63,666 nucleotides of DNA from Candidatus Bathyarchaeota archaeon. GTDB taxonomy: Archaea > Thermoproteota > Bathyarchaeia > Bathyarchaeales > Bathycorpusculaceae. The DNA lies in the NCBI GenBank assembly GCA_016927895.1, contig JAFGLT010000072.1, positions 1 through 63,666 on the forward strand, read 5' to 3'. Below the pieces are notes generated by a model. That model searched no databases, was not told the DNA's origin, and saw only the letters and a list, made by a program, of their open reading frames with translations. A program made the position numbers and the translations under genes. This document shows, piece after piece, positions 37,545-46,182 of the stretch (positions within the stretch are counted from its first letter, which is position 1; each line of letters begins with the position of its first letter).

Positions 37545-37709
37545 ATGGGAAAACAGCAGATGAAGAAAGAACGGAAATATGGTAAAGGCGCAAGACCTTG
37601 TGTTAGATGTGGTTCTTACGGGCCAGTTATCAGACGTTACAATTTATATTTATGCAGGCATTGTTTTAGGGAAGCAGCACCAAAGCTTGGATTCAAAAAA
37701 TATGAGTAG
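37545..37709 (+). CDS. rps14: 30S ribosomal protein uS14 (zinc-binding type)
   Basis: Not in the ORF track because it is only 54 aa. My translation is [54 protein letters not shown], with CxxC...CxxC. It sits in the canonical position between rpl5 and rps8. Confidence 0.9.
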   Translation: MGKQQMKKERKYGKGARPCVRCGSYGPVIRRYNLYLCRHCFREAAPKLGFKKYE

Positions 37710-37721
37710 GGATGTAGCAAG

Positions 37722-38105
37722 ATGGATACTTTAACAAATGGCTTGATAACAGTCATAAACAACGAGATGCGCAACAAGCGCGAGTGCATAATTAGCCCTG
37801 CTTCTAAGCTTTTGGGTCGCGTATTGAGAATAATGCAGCTTAACGGTTACATCGGTGAATTCGAATTTATTGATGATGGCCGCTCAGGCAAGTTTAAAGT
37901 CCAGCTTTTGGGCAGAATAAACAAGTGTGGCGCTATTAAGCCGCGTTTTTCCGTAAAAGTTGGCGAGTTCGAAAATTGGGAGAAGAAATTCCTGCCGTCA
38001 AGAGATGTTGGCATAATGGTTGTTTCAACTTCGAAAGGCGTCATAGCTCACAAGGAAGCTGAAGAAAAGAACATGGGAGGAAGGCTGTTAGCTTTCGTTT
38101 ACTAG
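37722..38105 (+). CDS. rps8: 30S ribosomal protein uS8
   Basis: [18 protein letters not shown]...[13 protein letters not shown]. Confidence 0.9.
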   Translation: MDTLTNGLITVINNEMRNKRECIISPASKLLGRVLRIMQLNGYIGEFEFIDDGRSGKFKVQLLGRINKCGAIKPRFSVKVGEFENWEKKFLPSRDVGIMVVSTSKGVIAHKEAEEKNMGGRLLAFVY

Positions 38106-38118
38106 CAAGGTGTTGTTG

Positions 38119-38667
38119 ATGAGGCTACCAGAAATTTCCAGAACCATTCAAGTTCCAGATGGCGTAGAAGTAACCATAGACCGAAAGAAAGTTACAGTTA
38201 AAGGCGAAAAGGGCGTTTTGACACGCGATTTTTCTTACGTTCCAATATCCCTCGAAGCTAAAGACGATAAGACCGTTCGCGTCTGGGCTGAGTGGCCTCG
38301 CAAGAAGGAAGCCTCTCTAGTAGGCACTATAACCTCTCACATTCAAAACATGATTACTGGCGTTGAAAAGGGCTTTTTGTATAAGCTTAAGATTGTTTTC
38401 TCTCACTTTCCGATTTCAGTTAAGGTTCAAGACAAAGTGGTTCTGATTGAGAACTTCACTGGCGAAAGGCGTCCGCGAAAAGCAAAGATAATAGGCGACA
38501 TTAAGGTTAAAGTTGAAACCGATGATGTGACTGTTGAAGGCATAAACTTGGAGGAAGTAAGTCAAACTGCCGCCAACATCGAGCAAGCCACAAAAGTGAA
38601 GAATAAAGACCCGCGCGTTTTCTTGGACGGTTTATACGTCTTTGAACGAAAGGAAGGCATAGAGTGA
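38119..38667 (+). CDS. rpl6: 50S ribosomal protein uL6
   Basis: IQVPDGVEVTIDRKKVTVKGEKG. ATG lies 6 nt after AAGGTG. Confidence 0.9.
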   Translation: MRLPEISRTIQVPDGVEVTIDRKKVTVKGEKGVLTRDFSYVPISLEAKDDKTVRVWAEWPRKKEASLVGTITSHIQNMITGVEKGFLYKLKIVFSHFPISVKVQDKVVLIENFTGERRPRKAKIIGDIKVKVETDDVTVEGINLEEVSQTAANIEQATKVKNKDPRVFLDGLYVFERKEGIE

Positions 38668-39302
38668 TGGCGGAAAGAAAAGTATCTCCACAGCAAAAAG
38701 AGCTGAAAACGAGAAAACGGGTTAAAAAGAACAAGCCAGACTTTGCTAGGTCAGAAAGCTGGCGGTACGTTAAGTTGAAGAAAAGCTGGCGTAGACCCCG
38801 CGGTTTAGATCATAAGATGCGTCGGAAGATTAAGGGGTGGCCGCCAACAGTTAGCACTGGTTACAAAGGGCCAAAGGTTGCCCGAGGGCTTCACCCGTCT
38901 GGGTACAGGGAAGTTTTGGTGCATAACGCGAAAGAACTCTCTAAAATTGATCCTAGATTTGAAGCTGCTAGAATAGCTCACACGGTTGGTAAGAAAAAAC
39001 GTGTTGAGATTGTAGCTGAAGCTAAAAAGCTTGAAGTCTTCATTTTGAACTTCAAGCCAGTCGCAGAAATAGTCGAAACCCAAGAAACCGAAGAAGAAGC
39101 TGAAGACGTAGAAGAAACAGAGGAAAAACTGGAAAAGCCGGCTGTGGACGAGAAAAAATCTGCGAAGAAAGAGGAGAAGTCAAAGCGCAAGCTCCTCAGT
39201 AGAAAGAAGGATTCTGAGAAGAAAAAGAAGTCGCCAGTTAAAAAAGCTGAAAAGCCGAAGTCAAAGCGCAAGAAGGCTGAGAAAGGAGCTGAGAAACAAT
39301 GA
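38667..39302 (+). CDS. rpl32e: 50S ribosomal protein eL32 with ~85-aa charged C-terminal tail
   Basis: The core is SWRRPRGLDHKMRRKIKGWPP...GYKGPKVARGLHPSGY. The tail is acidic (ETQETEEEAEDVEETEE) and then Lys-rich. Confidence 0.9.
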   Translation: MAERKVSPQQKELKTRKRVKKNKPDFARSESWRYVKLKKSWRRPRGLDHKMRRKIKGWPPTVSTGYKGPKVARGLHPSGYREVLVHNAKELSKIDPRFEAARIAHTVGKKKRVEIVAEAKKLEVFILNFKPVAEIVETQETEEEAEDVEETEEKLEKPAVDEKKSAKKEEKSKRKLLSRKKDSEKKKKSPVKKAEKPKSKRKKAEKGAEKQ

Positions 39303-39754
39303 CCAATCTTAGTAGTCAAAGGCGTTTGGCAGCGCAAATATTGAAAATCGGTCAAAATCGGGTTTGGATTAACCCTGAAAGAATTGATGATGTAGAAGGG
39401 GCTATAACTCGAGAAGAAGTTAAACGGTTGATTCATGAGAAAATTATCGTGTCTTTGCCTGAGCAAGGCGTGAGCCGGTCTCGTGCGAAAGCAGTTCGTG
39501 AAAAGAAGCGGATAGGTCGGCGAAAAGGTGCTGGTAGCCGAACTGGGTCTCCACGCGCAAAGATTACCAAGAAAGAGGCGTGGATGAGCAAGATTCGTTG
39601 TTTGAGGAGAAAGCTTCGCGAGTTGAAGGCAAGCAGAGTTATTACGGAAAACACTTACAGGAAATTGTATGGTATAGCAGGTAGCGGAAAATTCGAGTCA
39701 GTTGCAGAGTTAGAACGTTATTTGAAAGCTAATGATCTTTGGAGGAAACGTTAA
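39299..39754 (+). CDS. rpl19e: 50S ribosomal protein eL19
   Basis: QRRLAAQILKIGQNRVWINPE. Confidence 0.9.
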   Translation: MTNLSSQRRLAAQILKIGQNRVWINPERIDDVEGAITREEVKRLIHEKIIVSLPEQGVSRSRAKAVREKKRIGRRKGAGSRTGSPRAKITKKEAWMSKIRCLRRKLRELKASRVITENTYRKLYGIAGSGKFESVAELERYLKANDLWRKR

Positions 39755-40371
39755 TGGCACGTGGTTCAACTTATCGAGTACCGCCTAGGCGGAGAAGAGA
39801 AGGAAAAACTGATTACCAAGCGCGGAAAGCCTTAGTGCTGTCTGGAAGACCGCGGCTTGTTGCCCGCAACACTTGTAAGAACGCTGTTGCCCAGATAATT
39901 ATTGCTAAGCCAACCGGAGACGAGGTTTTGGTTACTGCGCACAGCCGGGAGCTGAGGAAGTACGGATGGAAAGCGCCTAACGGAAATATTCCGGCAGCTT
40001 ACCTTACGGGTTTGCTTTGCGGTTTGAAGGCTAAAACTAAGGGTGTTGAAGCGGCTATTTTGGATATAGGTTTGATTGCACCAACTAAAGGCGCCAAGAT
40101 TTTTGCTGTGTTAAGCGGGGTTTTGGATGCTGGTGTTGATGTTCCTCATGATGGAACGAAAATGGTTGCAGACCGCATAGAGGGAAAGCATATTGCCGCG
40201 TACGGGAAGAGTTTGCAGGATGACTCTGGAGTTTACTCCGCTAAGTTCTCGAAGTATGCAGCGCAGAAGCTGTCTCCTGAAAAGCTTCCTGAGCATATTG
40301 CAGCAGTCAAAGCTGACATCATTAAATCATTCGAAAAGAAAAGTGAAAAGAAGAGTGGAAAGAAAGCATGA
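39754..40371 (+). CDS. rpl18: 50S ribosomal protein uL18
   Basis: YRVPPRRRREGKTDYQARKALV. The ATG overlaps the rpl19e stop. Confidence 0.9.
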   Translation: MARGSTYRVPPRRRREGKTDYQARKALVLSGRPRLVARNTCKNAVAQIIIAKPTGDEVLVTAHSRELRKYGWKAPNGNIPAAYLTGLLCGLKAKTKGVEAAILDIGLIAPTKGAKIFAVLSGVLDAGVDVPHDGTKMVADRIEGKHIAAYGKSLQDDSGVYSAKFSKYAAQKLSPEKLPEHIAAVKADIIKSFEKKSEKKSGKKA

Positions 40372-41018
40372 GTCGTAGGGATAGAGGGGATAGAGGCGAA
40401 GACCGTTTAGAGGAATGGGTTCCTAAAACCCGTTTAGGTAAAATGATTCAGGAAGGTAAGATAACTTCTATTGAAGAGGTTTTCCTGAGCGGCTTAAAGA
40501 TTTCTGAGCCTCAGATTGTTGACGCTTTGCTTCCTGACCTCCAAGAGGAGGTTATAAACGTTAACTTGGTTCAGAAGCAGACTGACGCGGGTGAAAAGTC
40601 ACGGTTTAAGGCTATTGTGGCTGTGGGGAACAGGGACGGTTACATAGGTTTAGGCGCTGGTAAAGCCAATCAGGTGCGAACCGCAATAGAGAAAGCAGCT
40701 GCCGCCGCGCGGTTGAACATTGTTCCAGTTAAGCGTGGATGCGGAAGCTGGGAGTGCGGCTGCGGAAAGCCTCATTCAGTTCCCTTCCAAGTTGAGGGTA
40801 AATGCGGCGGCGTGCGCGTTGTTATTGTTCCTGGACCGAGAGGTTTAGGGCTTGTGGCAAGTGAAGTTGCAAAGGTGATTTTAGGCTTGGCTGGCGTGAA
40901 GGACCTTTGGATTCGAAGCCGCGGTTCCACGAGGACTGTGCCGTCTTATGCTTACGCGATTTTTGACGGGTTAAAGAAGACTTATGGTCTTGTTACTCAG
41001 GCGGATTGGGTGAGGTAA
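40368..41018 (+). CDS. rps5: 30S ribosomal protein uS5
   Basis: WVPKTRLGKMIQEG...VGNRDGYIGLGAGKA. Confidence 0.9.
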   Translation: MSRRDRGDRGEDRLEEWVPKTRLGKMIQEGKITSIEEVFLSGLKISEPQIVDALLPDLQEEVINVNLVQKQTDAGEKSRFKAIVAVGNRDGYIGLGAGKANQVRTAIEKAAAAARLNIVPVKRGCGSWECGCGKPHSVPFQVEGKCGGVRVVIVPGPRGLGLVASEVAKVILGLAGVKDLWIRSRGSTRTVPSYAYAIFDGLKKTYGLVTQADWVR

Positions 41019-41019
41019 G

Positions 41020-41508
41020 TTGACTGAAAAAACTGCTGAACGGAAATGTTTTGCTGTAGTGAAAGTCCGAGGGACAATCAGTGCTCAACGCGAAGCCAGA
41101 GAAACCCTTGAGCTATTTCGTTTAGCCCATACTAACCATGCAGTACTCATCGATAACCGACCGTCGTTCATGGGCATGCTGTACCGCGTGCAGAACTATG
41201 TCACGTGGGGCGAAATCTCAAAAGAAACCTTGGCGTTAATGCTGCAGAAACGCGGAAGACTCGCTGGCGGCAAGAAACTAACAGATGAAGCCGTGGAGAA
41301 GCTCGGTTACAAGTCAATCGATGCACTCGCCGAGGCAATAGCAGACTGCAAAGTAGAATACCAGAAGCTGCCGGACGTGCAACCTGTTTTCAAGCTGCAT
41401 CCCCCAAAGAAAGGCTTCAAAGGAAAAATCAAGAAAAGCTATGTTACAGGCGGCGAAGCAGGCTACCGAGGCGAAGCCATAAACGACCTCATAAAACGCA
41501 TGGCTTAG
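41020..41508 (+). CDS. rpl30: 50S ribosomal protein uL30
   Basis: FAVVKVRGTISAQREARETLELFRL. TTG start. Confidence 0.85.
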   Translation: MTEKTAERKCFAVVKVRGTISAQREARETLELFRLAHTNHAVLIDNRPSFMGMLYRVQNYVTWGEISKETLALMLQKRGRLAGGKKLTDEAVEKLGYKSIDALAEAIADCKVEYQKLPDVQPVFKLHPPKKGFKGKIKKSYVTGGEAGYRGEAINDLIKRMA

Positions 41509-41553
41509 TTTCGCGGAGTCAAATGCCAAAGGAACAGGTAGCCAACTTAGGAT

Positions 41554-41570
41554 TATTTTTCAGTTTTTTC
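41554..41570 (+). terminator. T-rich putative terminator after rpl30
   Basis: TTATTTTTCAGTTTTTTC lies about 45 nt after the rpl30 stop. Confidence 0.45.
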
Positions 41571-41646
41571 CGGTGTTCCTTTATCCAAAAATTGTGGTGT
41601 GAAGCACCATTAAATTCCAGTGTAACATTTTTAGGGTATGTGCGGC

Positions 41647-42516
41647 TTATGGCTTTTCATCTTTTATGAGAGTGCTCGAGAATGTTGTCACAGCTGAACT
41701 GTAGCCGCTGTTAACGCCAAGTGATGTAGTCATGTTGAATTGCACGGTGCTTTGGATTTGCTTGCAGCTGCCAAATTCTAAATATGATTCCCCTGAAACG
41801 CCGACATACTCCAGATTATCAAATTGATTTTGGATTTGTTGAGAGCTAGTTCGTGTAAACTCAATCTTGAAGACTTTAAAGTTACCAGCTTTAACTTCAA
41901 GGTTCTGAATGGTTACGAATTTTACGATTATTTCTGCCTCGGGAGTAGCTGTAACTGCACAGGTTGCTGGAATTCGCCATGTATCTCCCACTTTGGCTTC
42001 TGACTGGTTGAAGAATGCCGTTTCTATCGGGCTGCCACTGTTAGCATATTCGGCGTATTCGGGATATTGCTGAAAAGCAACCGGTAATAGCGTGAGAAGA
42101 TTGATAATGTCAGCTTCTTTGACATTCATAAGGTATGATGTTGAAGTGGAATTGTCTGCCATACTTGAAGCGGTTGTATATTTCAGAGTATATGTGTCTT
42201 CATTAATGCTTAAAACTTCAACTGTTAGGGTGATTTGGGTGGTGAAGTTTGTTGAAGACTTGCCAATTTGGCTAGAAGCCGATATAGTGATGTCGTATGT
42301 GAGTTTTTCGCCTGGAACGTAATGGACGCCTAAAGAAATAATTTCAGCTTCGCTAGAAGGCACAAGAAATATTGTTGCTGTGACTACTGTGATGATTATG
42401 ATAGCAGCAGCAGTTACGTGTAGTTTCTTTCTAAACCTCTTATTGCTTGGCGCTTGTCCTATCGGTTGTCGCCGAGGCGCAGGAGAATCAATTGAATTCA
42501 AGAATTTGGTTAGCAT
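41647..42516 (-). CDS. N-terminally anchored extracellular beta-rich protein (hypothetical)
   Basis: A basic N-terminus and one TM segment (AAAIIIITVVTATIFLV) are followed by a Ser/Thr-rich domain with several N-x-S/T sequons. Confidence 0.6.
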   Translation of the reverse strand: MLTKFLNSIDSPAPRRQPIGQAPSNKRFRKKLHVTAAAIIIITVVTATIFLVPSSEAEIISLGVHYVPGEKLTYDITISASSQIGKSSTNFTTQITLTVEVLSINEDTYTLKYTTASSMADNSTSTSYLMNVKEADIINLLTLLPVAFQQYPEYAEYANSGSPIETAFFNQSEAKVGDTWRIPATCAVTATPEAEIIVKFVTIQNLEVKAGNFKVFKIEFTRTSSQQIQNQFDNLEYVGVSGESYLEFGSCKQIQSTVQFNMTTSLGVNSGYSSAVTTFSSTLIKDEKP

Positions 42517-42532
42517 TTTAATCCTCTAAAAA

Positions 42533-43255
42533 CTAGCGCTTACTGCCTTTCTTTTTTCGAATCGCAACAGCAACTGCTAAAGCCACTATCACGGCCGCTA
42601 CTACGACAACTGTAACGATAGTGTAGAACGTTGGTTGTTCCAATCCCAGGATTTGAGGGCTCCACATGTTTGTGGCAATTGCTGTTACAGTGAGAGTTAA
42701 GTCCTCAATGTACCAGCCCGTCTTTGTTGTCACGTTTTTATAAAATTCCGTCGTCGCAATGAACAAGCCAGTAGCTTTATCCCATTCCTTGTGCCTAAGC
42801 TTGTCTTGCCCGTATGTTACAGTTCGGGTTGCGCCTAACACTGTTTTCTGCTCTTCACTTTGAATGGTCACGTTAACGGGTGTACCCGTGTGCAGTGAGT
42901 AATCATAAAATTGTTCTCCCTCACCAAGATTCGCAGGAATAATTATCCACCCTTCAACGTTCCCTTCAGTGAAATTGAATTTCCAAATGGCACTGCCCAC
43001 TGTCCCATTAGCATACCTAGACGTAAGATTCACTGAGAACGCTGCCTCCTCAACCGGAGGCAAAACCTCTATTCTAAACCACCTAACATCATGCGTCGGA
43101 GGCATAGCACCAACACCAGCTACGCTAACTTCATACTCGATCCAATCTCCTTCCTTGACACCCACCGAAAGCTCACCATAAACAAACGTGGGTAAGGCAA
43201 CGATTGAAACAGAAACTAATATGCACGCCAGAATTGACGCAGTAAAGTCTTTCAT
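42533..43255 (-). CDS. Secreted protein with C-terminal TM anchor (hypothetical surface protein)
   Basis: Signal-like N-terminus and a C-terminal TM plus basic tail (VVVAAVIVALAVAVAIRKKKGSKR). Sequons NLT, NGT, NFT and NVT are present. Confidence 0.6.
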   Translation of the reverse strand: MKDFTASILACILVSVSIVALPTFVYGELSVGVKEGDWIEYEVSVAGVGAMPPTHDVRWFRIEVLPPVEEAAFSVNLTSRYANGTVGSAIWKFNFTEGNVEGWIIIPANLGEGEQFYDYSLHTGTPVNVTIQSEEQKTVLGATRTVTYGQDKLRHKEWDKATGLFIATTEFYKNVTTKTGWYIEDLTLTVTAIATNMWSPQILGLEQPTFYTIVTVVVVAAVIVALAVAVAIRKKKGSKR

Positions 43256-43368
43256 TTCTCATCGAAATAAATACGGGTTTATTTGGAGATTAAAGCGTTT
43301 TTATCAAGGTTTCTTGACTAAACACGCTGCGAACACCCGTTTTTAGTCAACATTTCTTGACAAACCAG

Positions 43369-43425
43369 CATATTTGCCGTCTAATACTATCCTAATAGAA
43401 GTAGCATGCAGAAAACGGGGAGGGG
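43369..43425 (+). repeat. Dispersed intergenic element, copy C
   Basis: CATATTTGCCGTCTAATACTATCCTAATAGAAGTAGCATGCAGAAAACGGGGAGGGG. It has the same spacing architecture as copies A and B. Confidence 0.75.
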
Positions 43426-43523
43426 CTGTCTACTCGCACAGCGAGGTTCAGTACTATAAATAGGGGGGCTATAGTCTTTTCCGAGCATAACAGATTTAAA
43501 AACCAAGTGTTGCTGAAGCTGAG

Positions 43524-44378
43524 CTAGAACTTGTTTGTGGCCGTTGTGCTGGCTTCAGCTTTTTCTATGATTCGGTTAAGTGTTTCTTTTTGGATTCCTG
43601 TTTTCCTGGCAAGCGCAGCTGGTTTTTCCTCAAGCAACTGTTTCATCAGCACTATTCCCGAGTTAACCAGTTTGCTTTTCGTTGCACGCTTCATGCCCCT
43701 AAGACAGCTTATCGGGTACAAGTTGTTTTCTTCAATCATGCTCTGCAAGCTGAGGTCTGGTGGTGAGTTCCATCCGATTTGGAGGATGTTTCTGCATTCG
43801 CCGTAGCGTCTTGCATGTGTTGAGTATCTGGTGTTGGTGACTATCATTGCCCTGTCTATTTTCAGGTCGCAGCTGCCGTATTGAAAACCCTCCATAACAT
43901 CTTCCAGAATTGCTCTGGCTATTCGGCTTTCATCCAGCCCAGTTGGCGTGTGATAGTTCACGTGGTGTTTTGCTTCAACAAAATATGTTAAGCCACCTTT
44001 TTTTGCGATGGCATCAACCTCATGTTCCACGCATTTTCCCGGCACAATCCTGTTCGGAGACACCTCGAAACCTTTGTGTGCCAGCAAAACCTGCACGAAA
44101 ACTTCAAATTCTGGCTTCGAATCCATAAGGCTTAAGCCTCTTCTCAAATCAAGAAGATGCCTAATCGCAGGCTTGTAACTGCGCAGCAACCTAAACGTCA
44201 TCTGCAAAATCTTATTGGTTGGTATGCCGTCGTACAGTTGTTTTTCAACCTTTCCTGCGACATCATCCGCAATTTTCCTGCTTACACCAATCCTTAAGCA
44301 AGTGTTAATAATTTTCTCTCGGTCAAATAACTGCCGATTGCCATCAGCCTTCGTTACAAAAACGCTCAACGCTTGCAC
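43524..44378 (-). CDS. ATP-cone domain fused to a PD-(D/E)xK (Mrr-cat-like) nuclease domain and a C-terminal HhH-like region
   Basis: The ATP-cone is VTKADGNRQLFDREKIINTCLRIGV...IPTNKILQMTF. The nuclease core is EVDAIAKKGGLTYFVEAKH. The C-terminal segment KSKLVNSGIVLMKQLLEEKPAALARKTGI is helix-hairpin-helix-like. Confidence 0.6.
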   Translation of the reverse strand: MQALSVFVTKADGNRQLFDREKIINTCLRIGVSRKIADDVAGKVEKQLYDGIPTNKILQMTFRLLRSYKPAIRHLLDLRRGLSLMDSKPEFEVFVQVLLAHKGFEVSPNRIVPGKCVEHEVDAIAKKGGLTYFVEAKHHVNYHTPTGLDESRIARAILEDVMEGFQYGSCDLKIDRAMIVTNTRYSTHARRYGECRNILQIGWNSPPDLSLQSMIEENNLYPISCLRGMKRATKSKLVNSGIVLMKQLLEEKPAALARKTGIQKETLNRIIEKAEASTTATNKF

Positions 44379-44458
44379 ACACCCTGTTATCTACCTGTTG
44401 AATGCAAGATTAAATATGCTTTCCGCAATCAGCGTTCTCGACTGGACCTGCAGAATGT

Positions 44459-45691
44459 TCAGCCTGTCAGGTTCCAATAGTAGATTCGAGAATAATTGTC
44501 TGCTACCGGAAACTCAGGGTCATCATAAACTATATCCAAATCCGTACCGTACTGCTTAAGAAGAGTGCGCGAAATTTCCCAAATCTGCGGAGATTTCTCG
44601 TCAGGTCCCCAGAAACCCCAAATCCAGTCTTCAGCGTGTCTCATTCCCCAACCGTAGTTTTCCGGCAGAACAAGGACCGCTTCCGCTTGGCACTTAGATA
44701 ATTTTCTCGGGTTCTCTTTTATCTCATTCCACAATTTTTCAAGAGCTTCGAAATGCTCATCCGTTAAGGTTCCGTATGGGTTACCTTCAATTTGTGGGTA
44801 GTTAAATATCACTACGTATTCAGCTCCTGCTTGGTAAGCCGTTAGCATCTGGTTATAGATTTCATCTCCATTATCCAAGTAAGGTTCTTCATTATACTTC
44901 CAAGTGACTATCGCTCCCCAAGACTTGTTCTGCAGTTTCGCAGCTCCTCTAATGAGCGCTATGTCTTGAATATAACTTTGGTTCCAGCCGAACTGTGCGA
45001 ACATGACGTCGTATCCGCCTAGGTAGTCAAACCAGTAGAGCAAATAATCAGAAGTGAACGTTGTGATGCCCGCATTTCTCAAGGATCGGTGACCTCCGTT
45101 GCTTTCTAGTATCATTTGGAACCATTCTGCTTCTGTGTCGTAGTTTGCTGGTTGGGGTCTGGTGAGGTTTTCCATTTTTTCCTCTAAATCTGCAAAGATT
45201 TGGTGGAGTATTGAAAGCCGGGATCCGCTTTTAAAAAAGCTTGAATAGTTAAGGAAGAAGTTAAACCAGTCGTAGTCAAGTTGGATTCCAGCTGGTTCGT
45301 CATCGTAATATGCTCCTAAAAACTGGTCGCCGTACCGCTGTTTGGCTGATTCAAACCATGGAAACTGCCATGTCCAAACTCTGTCGTAGGTCCAATTAAC
45401 GCCTAGATTGACTATGATGTTCAGTCCAGAAGATACTGCATAATCACAGATTTCTGTTGTGGCGGTTTCGTTAGTGCTTATAGCGCCTGACTGCAGAACA
45501 AAAAGATTAGTGTAATCTTTTACTTTATCGATTAGCAGTTTGGCTTCTGCTGTTGTGTTGCCGCAAAAGGTGACTCCGACGTAGAAAGTATTTGTTTCCG
45601 TGGTGCTGCTTATTATCGAGTGCGAAATGAGGAATGAAGCAGTTAAGATTAGAGCGATTAGTATTGTGGCAAAAAAGGCTGGTTGCTTCAT
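44459..45691 (-). CDS. Secreted or anchored protein, possible TIM-barrel glycoside-hydrolase-like fold (hypothetical)
   Basis: N-terminal TM/signal segment, Trp/Tyr-rich sequence and many sequons. No family confidently recognised. Confidence 0.5.
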   Translation of the reverse strand: MKQPAFFATILIALILTASFLISHSIISSTTETNTFYVGVTFCGNTTAEAKLLIDKVKDYTNLFVLQSGAISTNETATTEICDYAVSSGLNIIVNLGVNWTYDRVWTWQFPWFESAKQRYGDQFLGAYYDDEPAGIQLDYDWFNFFLNYSSFFKSGSRLSILHQIFADLEEKMENLTRPQPANYDTEAEWFQMILESNGGHRSLRNAGITTFTSDYLLYWFDYLGGYDVMFAQFGWNQSYIQDIALIRGAAKLQNKSWGAIVTWKYNEEPYLDNGDEIYNQMLTAYQAGAEYVVIFNYPQIEGNPYGTLTDEHFEALEKLWNEIKENPRKLSKCQAEAVLVLPENYGWGMRHAEDWIWGFWGPDEKSPQIWEISRTLLKQYGTDLDIVYDDPEFPVADNYSRIYYWNLTG

Positions 45692-45831
45692 TTTTCTTTA
45701 CACTTTGTTCTTTTTGTCCAAGCCGTTTTGGGTTTTTTGTAGATGATGCTTCTTTATTACAGCTACGGATTTGCAGTCATGTTTACACTGTTGCTTCCGA
45801 AGCTTTAATTTTTTGTTTAACCGTGTAGCGT

Positions 45832-46050
45832 CTACTTCTTTTTCGGTTTGATTTTTCCGTTGAAGCTTCTCATGGTTTCTTCACAGACGGGTTCGTTCCA
45901 TTCGCACACGCCTTTGATTATTTCGGTTAAATAGTATTCGAATTCTTCTTTTGACAGGTCGCTGGAGCAATCCACACGGTAGACTATTTCCCCTTTTTCT
46001 CTGCTTGCAGTAAGCGAAACCAAAACGTTGCCTTTGCTCAAACTGTTCAA
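45832..46050 (-). CDS. Small hypothetical protein
   Basis: 72-aa ORF with a Lys-rich C-terminus. No family recognised. Confidence 0.3.
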   Translation of the reverse strand: MNSLSKGNVLVSLTASREKGEIVYRVDCSSDLSKEEFEYYLTEIIKGVCEWNEPVCEETMRSFNGKIKPKKK

Positions 46051-46182
46051 CCTCGAACACTTCTAATTTAGCAGGTTCCAGATTTAAGCTGTTCTACACT
46101 TCGTGTGCGGAGCCAAAAAGGAACCAAAACAGATAAAAAGTTGCTTCTGTATCCATCACAGCAACCAACATGAGGACTAGAC

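Noticed and set aside
38978-39466. 162-aa minus-strand ORF (Phe/Ser-rich)
   Set aside because: It is the mirror image of the Lys/Glu-rich eL32 tail and the eL19 N-terminus, so it is a shadow ORF.
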